The notes beneath the pieces are model-generated. The model searched no databases. It was not told the origin of the DNA and worked only from the letters and a program-made list of their open reading frames with translations. Below are positions 10,701-19,324 of a DNA stretch of 64,000 nucleotides, piece after piece; within the stretch, counting starts at the first letter, position 1, and each line of letters starts with the position of its first letter. Origin of the DNA: Candidatus Kapaibacteriota bacterium (lineage in GTDB: Bacteria; Bacteroidota; Ignavibacteria; Kapaibacteriales; UBA961). The position numbers and the translations under genes are program-made. The DNA is taken from NCBI GenBank assembly GCA_049426725.1, contig JBMSYN010000004.1, positions 64,014 through 128,013 on the forward strand, given 5' to 3'.

Positions 10701-12479
10701 TCTCAGATGACTCAACTTCCGATTCGTTTCAAAATCACAAACAATACCGGTAAGCAGTCTCCATCTGTAAGTATCAATGTTAAGGTTCTTCAAGAATCAG
10801 ATGATATTCGAAAAGCAGATGCATATTATTGCCGCAGTACAATCATCCCATTCGTAAAGCCAGGTCAAATTGTACAATCTACAGTTCCTGCTTGGAATGC
10901 TCGTCGTTGCCCACCGGGCCGTTATCGCATCGTTGCTAGTTGCTTCGTGCAAGGTGGTGATGTTGATAATTCAAATGACACAACATATAGCTTCTACAAT
11001 CTCCGTTATGGACCTGTATTTGCTTATGATCCTCCAACCGCAAGAAATGATGTGCCGGACTTTACACAAGGTGCAACAGGTAGCCGCGTTGATGGTCGTG
11101 GTTTGAACACAGAAGCTTATTCAAGTGGTTTGTGGCCAAACTTTAGTACACAAGGTACATTTGGTGCTGACTTTACATCATCCGATGGTCGCTTGGCATT
11201 TGGTCCTGAAGCAGGTTCTGCTTCCGGTCAGTTCGCTATGCGCTTCCAATTGCTTACACAAGATACTGTAAAAGGTTTCCAGGCTTGGATGGCTGAAGTA
11301 AATCAAAGCCCTGATCCAATTTCATTTGCATTGTACAGAGGCGCTGATGCACCTCAAGCACAACCAATTGCAGGAACAAAGATTGGTAAGCAGCGTGGTT
11401 ATGATGATATCCGTCAAGACTTGTTCTATGGTCAGTACACAACTTATCTATTCGATAAGCCGGTTGTATTGCCTCCTGGTGAATACTGGGCATCTGTTGC
11501 TCAGCTAGGTCTCGACGGTGTATCATTGGGTGCATCAAGAGCACGCGTTGGTCAGGTAATCACACACTATAATGTCAATCCTCCAGGACCAGGTGTTAGT
11601 GGTGTTCACTTGAATATCGATAAGAGTTTCCGCCAATTGAATGCTGCAAATCAGTTGATCAACAGAAATGTGTTCGCTTATGAAAGAACAGCATTCTCCG
11701 GTACATGGGTTCAAGCAACTCCATTGTCTAACCCAATGTTTGGTCACTTGGCACATGATGGTAATGCGGCTATCCAAGGCTTCCCAACTGCATCACGCGG
11801 TACATGGTTGCCTTTGATTAGACCATTCCTTGGTGACAAATCATACGCAACTGAGCCAACTCTTGATGATAACTGTATCGTCCCTGTTGAGTTGACCTAT
11901 TTTGATGGTCAAAAACGCAATAGTTCAGTAGATCTCTTCTGGCAAACTGCAACTGAAGAGAATAATGCAGGATTCCATGTAGAGCGTCGCGTTGTTCGTG
12001 GCGATGTTCCTTCAAATTGGGAATCAATCCAATTTGTTCGTGGTGCCGGCAATTCTACTGTTGTGCGTGACTATGCTCACACAGATGAGAAGGTTCAACC
12101 AGGCATTACATATCAATATCGTTTGACCCAAATGGATCTTACCGGTACTGAATCATGTAAAGCAATCTCTGATGTTCTTGAATTCACAATGGATGAAACT
12201 GCACCTCTTGCTCTTGAGCAAAATGTGCCTAACCCATTCTCAACAAGCACAAACATTAGCTTCTTCGTTCGCGATAGAGGCATTGCTAAGCTTGAAATTG
12301 TTGACATGTTTGGTCGCACAGTCCGTACACTCTTCGAAGGTACTGCCAATTCCGGCAAAACCACAGTTGAGTGGGATGGTACAGATGATAGCGGTTCAAA
12401 TGTAGCAACAGGAACATATATCTATCGTTTGACTAGCGGTAACAATACCGAAGTTGCAAAGATGACGATTACCCGTTAA
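7713..12479 (+). CDS. Very large secreted protein of about 1,588 aa carrying a type IX secretion C-terminal sorting domain. The function of the passenger region is unknown.
   Basis: Signal peptide MKKRVLIALLAFFAASMAVYA. The C-terminal 90 aa (NVPNPFSTSTNISFFV..LEIVDMFGRTVRTLFEG..VEWDGTDDSGSNVATGTYIYRL) match the T9SS type A CTD. The CTD is preceded by an Ig/FN3-like module (VDLFWQTATEENNAGFHVERR). No catalytic motif was recognised. Confidence 0.8.
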   Translation: MKKRVLIALLAFFAASMAVYAGGKEDGTLRKSRFPATFPQPFTNFPALNNANNSRPNNSAHAVSTGYYVVDSDDDAGDFWRPNLDRAFLNRLNDTEPSELIKWKQITTGPNQSFDVSEGRPQFRNPGSPNLTDSTDNAFAGPIRIGFPFFFNGVRYDSFYVSTNGLVSLSSSRYEVNSVGTRTGYNLYRDDLFARPASGNPATDPVADDYGMRLATGDFTTVPSAGPPAILIGNTSATGGIRSTGAASLAGLAGDIANAPVIAPAFGNLQLSQNPDLPEENRGMVWYKRADNPDGTRRLIIYFQNVAPIGAWASGVGGPVTFNKDDQRILANFQVTLDQADSSVYFYYERLEGAVVVNGVSVSAAAFFRMNTTIGVNGTARNYNYKFPNCQSNLTQTEFQTAPRQYTQYLSRGNYPGSDVSAQLLGPTGHGSNTPANGLAIRFKQWRNVVRVVPEQIRYFGRELQATANLDAYTREIVTPEPELFAGHPQLGAIRPSAIFQNMTNDIQGPGVSLPARPSGINYTNQDLNFRVRMRIINQATGQTAYSRSVPIGIGCLTGNCPPDIDASVQYGWLSGGSATGAFLAAGGQGTGIPPFPGTGACPLTGIPPYGIVRVQFPPFEPNELLDFQVGRLRLFVFSEGVDSIYRSLGDQWPFDDTVSRNLYVMRRLSFLNSDGFSDDANEYYVINGTPMPSVLKWVNYEAEVSNGDEETYNPPPPRWAVGEVPGSLVTAKNRSTFKTASPVIKLNRVTLDGNDPTPSPGGDQIRSFPIDIRHLPNRKTQGSILTISYQRTGNKGDFGRGWADATIVGPEPRVIFNGVATNLAAPGTPDELRLEYARPSTNGIENIARQFNNATSDIVWNVHKRRVGAAVTDNYVFTVFGAGGTRLGYLPDDKDSALTLAQGLRSDIYDDGKDVEFNKIFFRIPDSLIFSPNESAKDFRFRLSVNARRHTSPPQPQDDDDDFYVDNIKLIYTNESPDIEMSLVQVLWPYEITPASQMTQLPIRFKITNNTGKQSPSVSINVKVLQESDDIRKADAYYCRSTIIPFVKPGQIVQSTVPAWNARRCPPGRYRIVASCFVQGGDVDNSNDTTYSFYNLRYGPVFAYDPPTARNDVPDFTQGATGSRVDGRGLNTEAYSSGLWPNFSTQGTFGADFTSSDGRLAFGPEAGSASGQFAMRFQLLTQDTVKGFQAWMAEVNQSPDPISFALYRGADAPQAQPIAGTKIGKQRGYDDIRQDLFYGQYTTYLFDKPVVLPPGEYWASVAQLGLDGVSLGASRARVGQVITHYNVNPPGPGVSGVHLNIDKSFRQLNAANQLINRNVFAYERTAFSGTWVQATPLSNPMFGHLAHDGNAAIQGFPTASRGTWLPLIRPFLGDKSYATEPTLDDNCIVPVELTYFDGQKRNSSVDLFWQTATEENNAGFHVERRVVRGDVPSNWESIQFVRGAGNSTVVRDYAHTDEKVQPGITYQYRLTQMDLTGTESCKAISDVLEFTMDETAPLALEQNVPNPFSTSTNISFFVRDRGIAKLEIVDMFGRTVRTLFEGTANSGKTTVEWDGTDDSGSNVATGTYIYRLTSGNNTEVAKMTITR

Positions 12480-12502
12480 TCTAATCTTTTGAATTAATGC
12501 GA

Positions 12503-12540
12503 TGCCCTCTGCGCACTAAGCTCAGAGGGCATTGTTTTAT
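12503..12540 (+). terminator. Rho-independent terminator after the giant T9SS cargo gene
   Basis: 10-bp stem ATGCCCTCTG / CAGAGGGCAT with an 11-nt loop, followed by TGTTTTAT. Confidence 0.6.
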
Positions 12541-12562
12541 ACAGTAATTGAGAATTTGTAGA

Positions 12563-12907
12563 ATGAGTGAGACAATCTTTCATAAGATTATTGCAAGAGA
12601 GATACCGGCAACGATTGAATTTGAAAATGACACATTGATTGTCATTCGAGATATCAATCCACAAGCACCTTTTCATTGCTTGATTATTCCGAAAAAAACG
12701 ATTCGTTCCATTCAGAACCTTGAATCGGATGATTCATCAATTCTTATGGAAATGATCTCAGCAGCACAAATGTTGGCAGTGAAATATGGATTTGATTCCA
12801 AAGGATATCGACTTGTCATGAATTGTGAAGAATGGGGAGGTCAAACAGTATTTCAATTGCACATGCATATGTTGGCAGGAAAACATCTAAGCGGAGGATT
12901 CGCATGA
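12563..12907 (+). CDS. HIT-family (histidine triad) nucleotide hydrolase
   Basis: The HIT motif HMHMLAG at the C-terminus, and HinT-like N-terminal sequence IFHKIIAREIPA. The start is taken at the ATG at 12563. Confidence 0.85.
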   Translation: MSETIFHKIIAREIPATIEFENDTLIVIRDINPQAPFHCLIIPKKTIRSIQNLESDDSSILMEMISAAQMLAVKYGFDSKGYRLVMNCEEWGGQTVFQLHMHMLAGKHLSGGFA

Positions 12908-13884
12908 AACATCAAGAAGAATTGATGAGCATAGCAAAATCATCATTCATGCATGATATTCATGAAATGCGAGTGGTTGCCAATAGAATTGATTGGTCAA
13001 TTATTGCTCAAAGTGCCACAGTTATTAGCAATGCAGAAAAAGTGATTTGCGTCGGAGTTGGAAAATCCGCAATCATGGCAAAACGCTGTGCTGCCACACT
13101 TACAAGCATTGGTATACAATCTTTTTTTCTTCATCCAATTGAAGCCCTGCATGGCGATATAGGGATATTGTCTTCCAAAGACATTGTGCTTGTCTTTTCC
13201 AATAGTGGAAATACAGAAGAAGTGGTTTCCATCATGCCATATATCAAATCAAGATGCAAGATGGTCATAGGAATGTTGGGGAATGTGCATTCCGGTATCG
13301 GGAAATACTGCGATATGGTGATTGATGCATCAATCGAAAGAGAGTCTTGCCCATTGAACACAGTTCCAAGTTCCAGCTTATTGATTACAACAGCCATCAC
13401 TAATGCACTGATAGCGGCAATCACAGAGTGTTCTGGAATTACGAAAGATGTATTTGCATCTTTCCATCCTGCTGGTCAATTGGGAAGGAACTTATTGCTA
13501 ACAGTTGAATCAGTCATGATTTCAGGAAAAGATGTACTGCCTTTTGTAAAACAAGACATGACATTGAAAGAGTTAATCATCGTCATGAGTGCAAAAGGAT
13601 TTGGCTGTGCAATCGTTAGTCAAGATGGCAAGAATCTTCAAGGGTTCATTACTGATGGTGATGTGCGAAGATGTTTGCAAAACAATGATGAGCTCACTGG
13701 AATTCTTGCTGAAGATATCATGACAAAAAGTCCGGTGACCATTCTGGCTCAGGCTTTGCTTGGAGACGCTCTTTCACTCATGGAGGATAGGGAACACAAA
13801 ATAGGAGTCTTGCCTGTAAGCAATGAAAAAGGGGAATGCATTGGAATCATTCGCCTTCATGACATAGCAGGACATATTCGTTGA
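12904..13884 (+). CDS. kdsD: Arabinose-5-phosphate isomerase (KdsD/KpsF type, SIS domain plus tandem CBS domains)
   Basis: SIS domain GVGKSAIMAKRCAATL..VLVFSNSGNTEEV and C-terminal CBS pair. The start ATG overlaps the HIT gene stop (ATGA). Confidence 0.85.
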   Translation: MKHQEELMSIAKSSFMHDIHEMRVVANRIDWSIIAQSATVISNAEKVICVGVGKSAIMAKRCAATLTSIGIQSFFLHPIEALHGDIGILSSKDIVLVFSNSGNTEEVVSIMPYIKSRCKMVIGMLGNVHSGIGKYCDMVIDASIERESCPLNTVPSSSLLITTAITNALIAAITECSGITKDVFASFHPAGQLGRNLLLTVESVMISGKDVLPFVKQDMTLKELIIVMSAKGFGCAIVSQDGKNLQGFITDGDVRRCLQNNDELTGILAEDIMTKSPVTILAQALLGDALSLMEDREHKIGVLPVSNEKGECIGIIRLHDIAGHIR

Positions 13885-13885
13885 T

Positions 13886-15196
13886 TTAACGGCGGGGATT
13901 TCCGATAGGCATTGCCTTGGGGCTTTCAACTTTTTTGGCCTCAGTCTTTTTCTTTTCAGCCGGTTTTTTGGTAGTCGAAGGCTTGGAAGTCTTCTTCGTT
14001 TCCTTTGACTTTGTCGTAGATTTCTTTTTGTCTGTTGTTTTCGACTTTTCAGTGGACTTCTTTTTTGTACTTGAGCTTTTCGACTTTTCAGTTGAAGCTT
14101 TCTTCTTAGTTGTAGAGGTAGTAGACTCTGACTTCTTTTTTGTCGTAGAAACAGTGGACTCTGTTTTCTTCTTTGTTTGAGTGCCGGTCTCTGATTTCTT
14201 TATTGTCGTTGAAGAAGTTGTTTCTTTCGACTTGGTAGTAGATGTTTTCTTCACAGTTGAAGCAGATGTTGTTTTACTGCTTTCGGTTGGCTTCTTTGCA
14301 GCTGCTTTTCCATTAGAACTCGTCGATTTTACTTCGGTTTTTGCGGTTTTTCCTTGTCCTTTTTCACTTGATTCAGTTTGTTCCTTATATGGCATGGCTG
14401 AATTAGTCACATCATTCGCGGTTATTTTCATTTCACGTATTATAGTACCTTCTTTGCCAATATTTGGAATGATTTGTCCATTTCTTTTGAATATTGCACC
14501 GCCATTGTTTGAGACAGACAAAGTAAAATATTCAATTGCCGCCCAGCGTCCTGTCTGACCGGATTCCAAAACCACTGCTTCGCTGTTTTTGCCATCGGCA
14601 TTGATAGTGAACCAAGTTTTGTTCTTTGCTGTTACCTCAAGCACGATGCTGTCTTTGCTAGGTGTATCTTCAAATATTGACAATAATTCACCACCAGTTT
14701 CGGATGAAGTTCCACCTGTATTGTTTGCTTCGGTTTGCGTACCCGGATCTACAGGAGTATCATTGACAAAGTCCTTGACAAACAGATAATATAAACCAAT
14801 CACCAAGATCAAAATCATTGCAGCAGAAATGATTCCACTTACAAGACGCGGAGAATATCTTGGAGATTCTATGGTTTTGAGAGGTGGTGGCGGAGTATAC
14901 TCTTTCTCTTTTTCCTTTTCAGGATTGATGAGTGTTCCAATGAAAGATTGCTCTTGTTGAGCAGGCATGATGCCGGATTCGGAGAATGCTTTCTCAAAAT
15001 CTTCCATCGGAAGTCGAAGAAACTGCCAATAAGACTTGCTAAATGAACGAAGATATGTTGGAGGTAAGATGCTATTTTTCCCTTTCTCCAAAGCATCAAT
15101 GATATTGACACGGATATTCGTTTGGCGAGATACATCCGCCTGGGTAAGATTTAATTCTTCCCTTCGATTTCGTAATATCGTACCGAGTTGACTCAT
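13886..15196 (-). CDS. rodZ: RodZ-like cytoskeletal protein with an N-terminal XRE-type HTH, one TM helix, a DUF4115-like domain and a long Lys/Ser/Thr-rich C-terminal tail
   Basis: HTH region LNLTQADVSRQTNIRVNIIDALEKGK. The TM helix is IISAAMILILVIGLYYLFV. The RodZ C-terminal domain reads IVLEVTAKNKTWFTINADGK..FTLSVSNNGGAIFKRNGQ. The last 150 aa or so are KKK/STT repeats. Confidence 0.65.
   Translation of the reverse strand: MSQLGTILRNRREELNLTQADVSRQTNIRVNIIDALEKGKNSILPPTYLRSFSKSYWQFLRLPMEDFEKAFSESGIMPAQQEQSFIGTLINPEKEKEKEYTPPPPLKTIESPRYSPRLVSGIISAAMILILVIGLYYLFVKDFVNDTPVDPGTQTEANNTGGTSSETGGELLSIFEDTPSKDSIVLEVTAKNKTWFTINADGKNSEAVVLESGQTGRWAAIEYFTLSVSNNGGAIFKRNGQIIPNIGKEGTIIREMKITANDVTNSAMPYKEQTESSEKGQGKTAKTEVKSTSSNGKAAAKKPTESSKTTSASTVKKTSTTKSKETTSSTTIKKSETGTQTKKKTESTVSTTKKKSESTTSTTKKKASTEKSKSSSTKKKSTEKSKTTDKKKSTTKSKETKKTSKPSTTKKPAEKKKTEAKKVESPKAMPIGNPRR
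13900..14330. repeat. Low-complexity repetitive coding DNA encoding the K/S/T-rich tail of the RodZ-like protein
   Basis: Recurrent units such as CTTTTCGACTTTTCAGT (seen twice) and many TTCTTT/GTAGA variants. The plus-strand shadow ORFs 13917..14558 show matching FFFV-type repeats. Confidence 0.5.
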
Positions 15197-15358
15197 TCAG
15201 GTAGGTTTGGGTAAAAATAGACAACAAAGATAATGATTCTATTGGACTTATCTTCTTGAATAATGAGTCAAGAACTCAAAATGTGAATAAGTATGTGGAT
15301 TAATGTGGATATCTTTTGATACCCTGATCATGTTTTGGAAACTTGCAAGGTTTGAGTC

Positions 15359-15916
15359 ATGTATTTTGACAAAGTTATTTTCCTCTATGCTCTCTATGTG
15401 GCATTTGCTTATGGAATGCTCGCACTTGGAGCCACATATTTCAGAAATTCCCTTGATGCTCGTCATAGAATGCAGATTTCAGTAGGTGAGACATTAACCT
15501 TCATCGTGAATCCGCTGGCTTATATCCTGCTTGGGGCAATCTTGCTCATTTTCTGTATTTTTGCCATCATCGCTTTAAGTTTAACAACGCCTACTGTACT
15601 GGCTTATGTGTTTCCGCTGGCTTTGTTTGTCAATGTGATTCAAGTCTTATACAGAGCTTCGGAGCAAAGAGCAGAATTATGTACAAAAGGCATCATTCTG
15701 AGACCAATCTTCTTTGGCGAAACAGTTGGTATTGAATATGAAAATCTGATTCGTGTTGAGATTTCTCCGATGATGACTTGGTTCAAATGTCAGTTTTATG
15801 TTTTTCCTTTTGACGATGCAGGGCAGTGTCTTTTAAATGAACAGCAGAAAGACATGTTGCTATCTGCATTGCAAAGCACTTCATCATGTGAGGTGCGTTT
15901 ACTTTCCAATGGATGA
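15359..15916 (+). CDS. Small membrane protein with two TM helices and a cytoplasmic bacterial-PH-like domain
   Basis: Two hydrophobic helices (LYALYVAFAYGMLALGATYF and AYILLGAILLIFCIFAIIALSL) followed by a domain of about 90 aa. The stop overlaps the next gene's start. Confidence 0.5.
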   Translation: MYFDKVIFLYALYVAFAYGMLALGATYFRNSLDARHRMQISVGETLTFIVNPLAYILLGAILLIFCIFAIIALSLTTPTVLAYVFPLALFVNVIQVLYRASEQRAELCTKGIILRPIFFGETVGIEYENLIRVEISPMMTWFKCQFYVFPFDDAGQCLLNEQQKDMLLSALQSTSSCEVRLLSNG

Positions 15917-17283
15917 CCAATATGGCTAAAGATTACATTCGCATAGCTTCAGGACAAGGATTTTGGGGCGATTTACTTACCGCGCCTTTGATGCAAGTTT
16001 CAGGGGGAGACATAGATTATCTCATGCTTGATTATTTAGCTGAAGTGACTATGTCGATTCTCCAAAAACAGAAATTAAAAAACCCTGCACTTGGTTATGC
16101 AAAAGATCTTGTACAAACATGTGAAGATGTGCTTCCATTTATCGCTTCAAAGGGAATTAAGCTTATCACCAATGGTGGTGGCGTAAACCCTGAGGGTGCT
16201 CGTGATGCGGTTTTTGCTGTTGCAAAAAAACTTGGCATCACGGGTCTTAAAATTGGTGTCGTGACAGGAGACAATATCCTCATGCACATCGATGGTCTCA
16301 TTGCTGATGGCCATGCTATGAACAATATGGAATCTGGTCAACCAATTAGTGAAGTCAAAGATGTACTCCTTAGTGCAAATGTATACTTTGGCGCAAAGCC
16401 GATTGTAGAAGCTCTTCAGGCAGGTGCCGACATTGTCATTACAGGTAGAACCACGGATACCGGTTTGACTCTTGCTCCTATGATCCATGAATTCGGCTGG
16501 AGCTTTGAAGATTGGGATAAACTTGCTTCCGGAACCGTTGCAGGTCATATCAATGAATGTGGTGCCCAGGCATCAGGTGGAAACTTCTTGGGTGATTGGG
16601 AATCTTTGCCAGACATGGCAAATATTGGTTTTCCAATCATTGAAGCATATCCTGATGCATCATTCATCGTTACGAAGCATCAAGGAACCGGTGGAGCGGT
16701 GACAAGAGAAACAGTCAGCGAACAATTGATGTATGAAATTGGTGATCCTTCTGAATATATCACACCTGATTGTATTGCAGATTTCACAAGCATTCATCTT
16801 GAAGATCTTGGTAATGATCGAGTGAAGGTTTATGGAGTGAAAGGGAAACCGGCTACTCCGTTTTTCAAGGTTTCTGCATCTTATGAAGATGGATTTGTTG
16901 CCTTTAGTTCTCTGACATATTCAGCTCCGGATGCATATAAAAAAGCAAAAGCTGCAGATGGGATTTTGCGGAAGCGATTAGATCAGCTCAATTTGAATTT
17001 TGATGAGATTCGCACAGAGTTCATTGGAATGAATGCCTGTCATGGTCCGATTGCAAAAGCAATTGAGCCAAATGAGGTGATGATGCGCATAGGAGTTCGC
17101 TCTCAAGATTATGATGCAGTTGAGCGATTTGGAAAAGAAATAGCTCCTTTGATTTTGACAGGTCCGCCAAGTGTAACCGGTTTTGCCGGTGGCAGACCCA
17201 AGCCAAGTTCAGTTGTAGCTTACTTTCCTGCATTATTGCGTAAGGACACCGTCAATCATAGCGTAGTGGTAACTGAGATATGA
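15913..17283 (+). CDS. DUF1446 / AtuA-family protein of unknown biochemical function
   Basis: The N-terminus IRIASGQGFWGDLL..DIDYLMLDYLAEVTMSILQKQ matches the conserved AtuA/DUF1446 N-terminal signature VRIG..SGFWGD..DYL..DYLAE.TM. An alternative start is MAKDY at 15922. Confidence 0.7.
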   Translation: MTNMAKDYIRIASGQGFWGDLLTAPLMQVSGGDIDYLMLDYLAEVTMSILQKQKLKNPALGYAKDLVQTCEDVLPFIASKGIKLITNGGGVNPEGARDAVFAVAKKLGITGLKIGVVTGDNILMHIDGLIADGHAMNNMESGQPISEVKDVLLSANVYFGAKPIVEALQAGADIVITGRTTDTGLTLAPMIHEFGWSFEDWDKLASGTVAGHINECGAQASGGNFLGDWESLPDMANIGFPIIEAYPDASFIVTKHQGTGGAVTRETVSEQLMYEIGDPSEYITPDCIADFTSIHLEDLGNDRVKVYGVKGKPATPFFKVSASYEDGFVAFSSLTYSAPDAYKKAKAADGILRKRLDQLNLNFDEIRTEFIGMNACHGPIAKAIEPNEVMMRIGVRSQDYDAVERFGKEIAPLILTGPPSVTGFAGGRPKPSSVVAYFPALLRKDTVNHSVVVTEI

Positions 17284-18065
17284 TTCAGCCGGATGAACAG
17301 GTTGCTTCACAAGGTTCACATGGTCAGTCAAATCCTTTGATCAGCATCATTATTCCTGTATTGCAAGAAGAGAAATTATTGGCTCGCACCATGTCAGTCT
17401 TTACGCCTGAAAGAAAACAGCGATTTGGACTTGAAATCATTGTGAGTGATGGCGGAAGCACGGATGCCACAATAGGCATTGCAAACTCTTTTGCAGATAT
17501 CGTGATATGTCATACAGAGCAAAGAAGGCAAACAATTGCAGAAGGCAGGAATAAGGGAGCGGAGCAAGCGAAAGGGGAAGTGTTTGTTTTCATGAATGCT
17601 GATACATTTCCTGCAGACCCTGATGAATTCTTGTCATTTGTCCGATCATGGAGTGAACTTACTTATAAGCCATGTGCATTGGCATGCCCTGTGCATATTT
17701 ATCCCGATGAAAGAACATTCTCTGATTCGTGTTTTTCATTTTTGCTGAATTCTTATATCGGATTCATGGTGAATATCATGGGCATGGGCATGGGCAGAGG
17801 TGAATGTCAAATTTTCACTCGTTCGGCATTTTATTCAGCGGGCATGTATGATGGTTCTATCCCTGCCGGAGAGGATTTTGAGATATTTCGCAGAACAAGA
17901 AAAATCGGTGGTTTGACTTTTGAAAAATGCTTGCTTGTCTATGAATCACCAAGACGTTTTAGGAGGTATGGATACCCAAGAATCTTGCTTGAGTGGGCAG
18001 TGAATTGGTTTTGGGTATTGATATTTGGGAAAGCACGTTCAAAAGATTGGGAAGCGGTGCGTTAA
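17280..18065 (+). CDS. Family 2 glycosyltransferase
   Basis: ISIIIPVLQEEKLL..IIVSDGGSTDATIGIA is a typical GT-A/GT2 N-terminus with a DxD-like region. The start overlaps the DUF1446 stop (ATGA). Confidence 0.8.
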   Translation: MIQPDEQVASQGSHGQSNPLISIIIPVLQEEKLLARTMSVFTPERKQRFGLEIIVSDGGSTDATIGIANSFADIVICHTEQRRQTIAEGRNKGAEQAKGEVFVFMNADTFPADPDEFLSFVRSWSELTYKPCALACPVHIYPDERTFSDSCFSFLLNSYIGFMVNIMGMGMGRGECQIFTRSAFYSAGMYDGSIPAGEDFEIFRRTRKIGGLTFEKCLLVYESPRRFRRYGYPRILLEWAVNWFWVLIFGKARSKDWEAVR

Positions 18066-19318
18066 TTGTCGCGATTCTTACAAAACACTTTTATCAAATC
18101 ACATAAGCCCTCAATAGGATCTTCAGCTTCGCGAATCTGTTGACCATATTGTTCGATGAATGCTTTGCATGTTGCCAATGCCGCTTCAACACCTACAGTT
18201 TTGTCTATAGAAGCACCTAATTTTCTTATATAACTCAAATCTCCATCAAACATCGCATTTGCATAATGCACTTGTACCTGCATGGGCAATGCTCCAAGAA
18301 AAGTTTGCTTAATGAGTTTGAGGGGTTGCTCCTGCAATTGATAATCACGAAGCAGCTGTTCTATTTCATCTTTGGATTGTTGCTGACTAATCTGTGATTC
18401 TCGCTCTAACTGTACTTCGCGTTCAAGCAAAATCTTTCGTTTTGCCAAACTAAGGCGTTCACCCGTGATAAGCATGATACCTTTTGCCCCAAAATACTTT
18501 CTACTTGGTATCTCCCTCGGAATAGCATCCTGCTGTGGAATCTGATCGGCACCATCATTTCCTAAGCATGATTCGAGTAATTTTAGCAAATCTTCTTTGG
18601 AATAAAAAGCTGTGTCTTTAGATCCATATAAAGCATCGGCAATGCGGGTATGACCTGCCTCTAAAAAGAATGCATATAATAATTCGGAAGGGACTGAATC
18701 TTTCTCACCAATGTGAATAAGAAATGTGAATAGTGGTGAAAATATTTCAGCAATATGTGAGGCACTCATTCTGCCGACTGAAGAACGCAATGCATCTGTA
18801 CAAGCTAAGTGGAATTGCTCCTTCGAAATCATGAATGAAGTCGGATGTTGATGTTCCATAGGCATTGATTTGATAATGTCTGGAATATTCAACAATGGCA
18901 AAGACAATCCATTTGAACGCAATAAAATTTCATGGGCTGATTTATGTGCTTCATTGCGAAATACAAATGCTGTGAGAGTATATACCGGTCTGCATAGACT
19001 ATTGAAATATGTGTCCACAAACATGCCCAACAAATCACGCAATTCATTCGTATCACATTCTGCAATGGATGTGAAATAAGCACATAAATCATTGGACATT
19101 TCAAGGACTAATGATTTATCGACAGGAAATCTGTGTCCGGGACTTTTTCGGATCAATGCTGTATAAGCCCACCATTCAATCTCGGATTCAATAAATTTTC
19201 TGCATTCTCTTGATAATTGTGCATGTGAAGTCAGCGTATTCATGACATAATGATCCCCCTGCTTTTCAACAAGCGAGAACAACAATTGTTTATATGCCAT
19301 GAGTGATTGAGTATACAT
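18062..19318 (-). CDS. Hypothetical protein of 418 aa with no recognisable domain
   Basis: Long ORF tightly packed behind the HAD-phosphatase gene (6-nt gap). Its stop overlaps the convergent GT2 gene stop. No motif was recognised by eye. Confidence 0.55.
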   Translation of the reverse strand: MYTQSLMAYKQLLFSLVEKQGDHYVMNTLTSHAQLSRECRKFIESEIEWWAYTALIRKSPGHRFPVDKSLVLEMSNDLCAYFTSIAECDTNELRDLLGMFVDTYFNSLCRPVYTLTAFVFRNEAHKSAHEILLRSNGLSLPLLNIPDIIKSMPMEHQHPTSFMISKEQFHLACTDALRSSVGRMSASHIAEIFSPLFTFLIHIGEKDSVPSELLYAFFLEAGHTRIADALYGSKDTAFYSKEDLLKLLESCLGNDGADQIPQQDAIPREIPSRKYFGAKGIMLITGERLSLAKRKILLEREVQLERESQISQQQSKDEIEQLLRDYQLQEQPLKLIKQTFLGALPMQVQVHYANAMFDGDLSYIRKLGASIDKTVGVEAALATCKAFIEQYGQQIREAEDPIEGLCDLIKVFCKNRDN

Positions 19319-19324
19319 GTTGAT

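Noticed and set aside
8053-12405. Many 60-120 aa ORFs on both strands inside the giant T9SS cargo gene
   Set aside because: All lie within, and out of frame with, a continuous 4.8-kb ORF that has a signal peptide and a CTD. They are treated as shadow ORFs.
13917-14558. Plus-strand ORFs with striking FFFV/DFS repeats
   Set aside because: They are the reverse-complement reading of the Lys/Ser/Thr-rich tail of the RodZ-like gene (AAA/AGA codons read as TTT/TCT), not independent genes.
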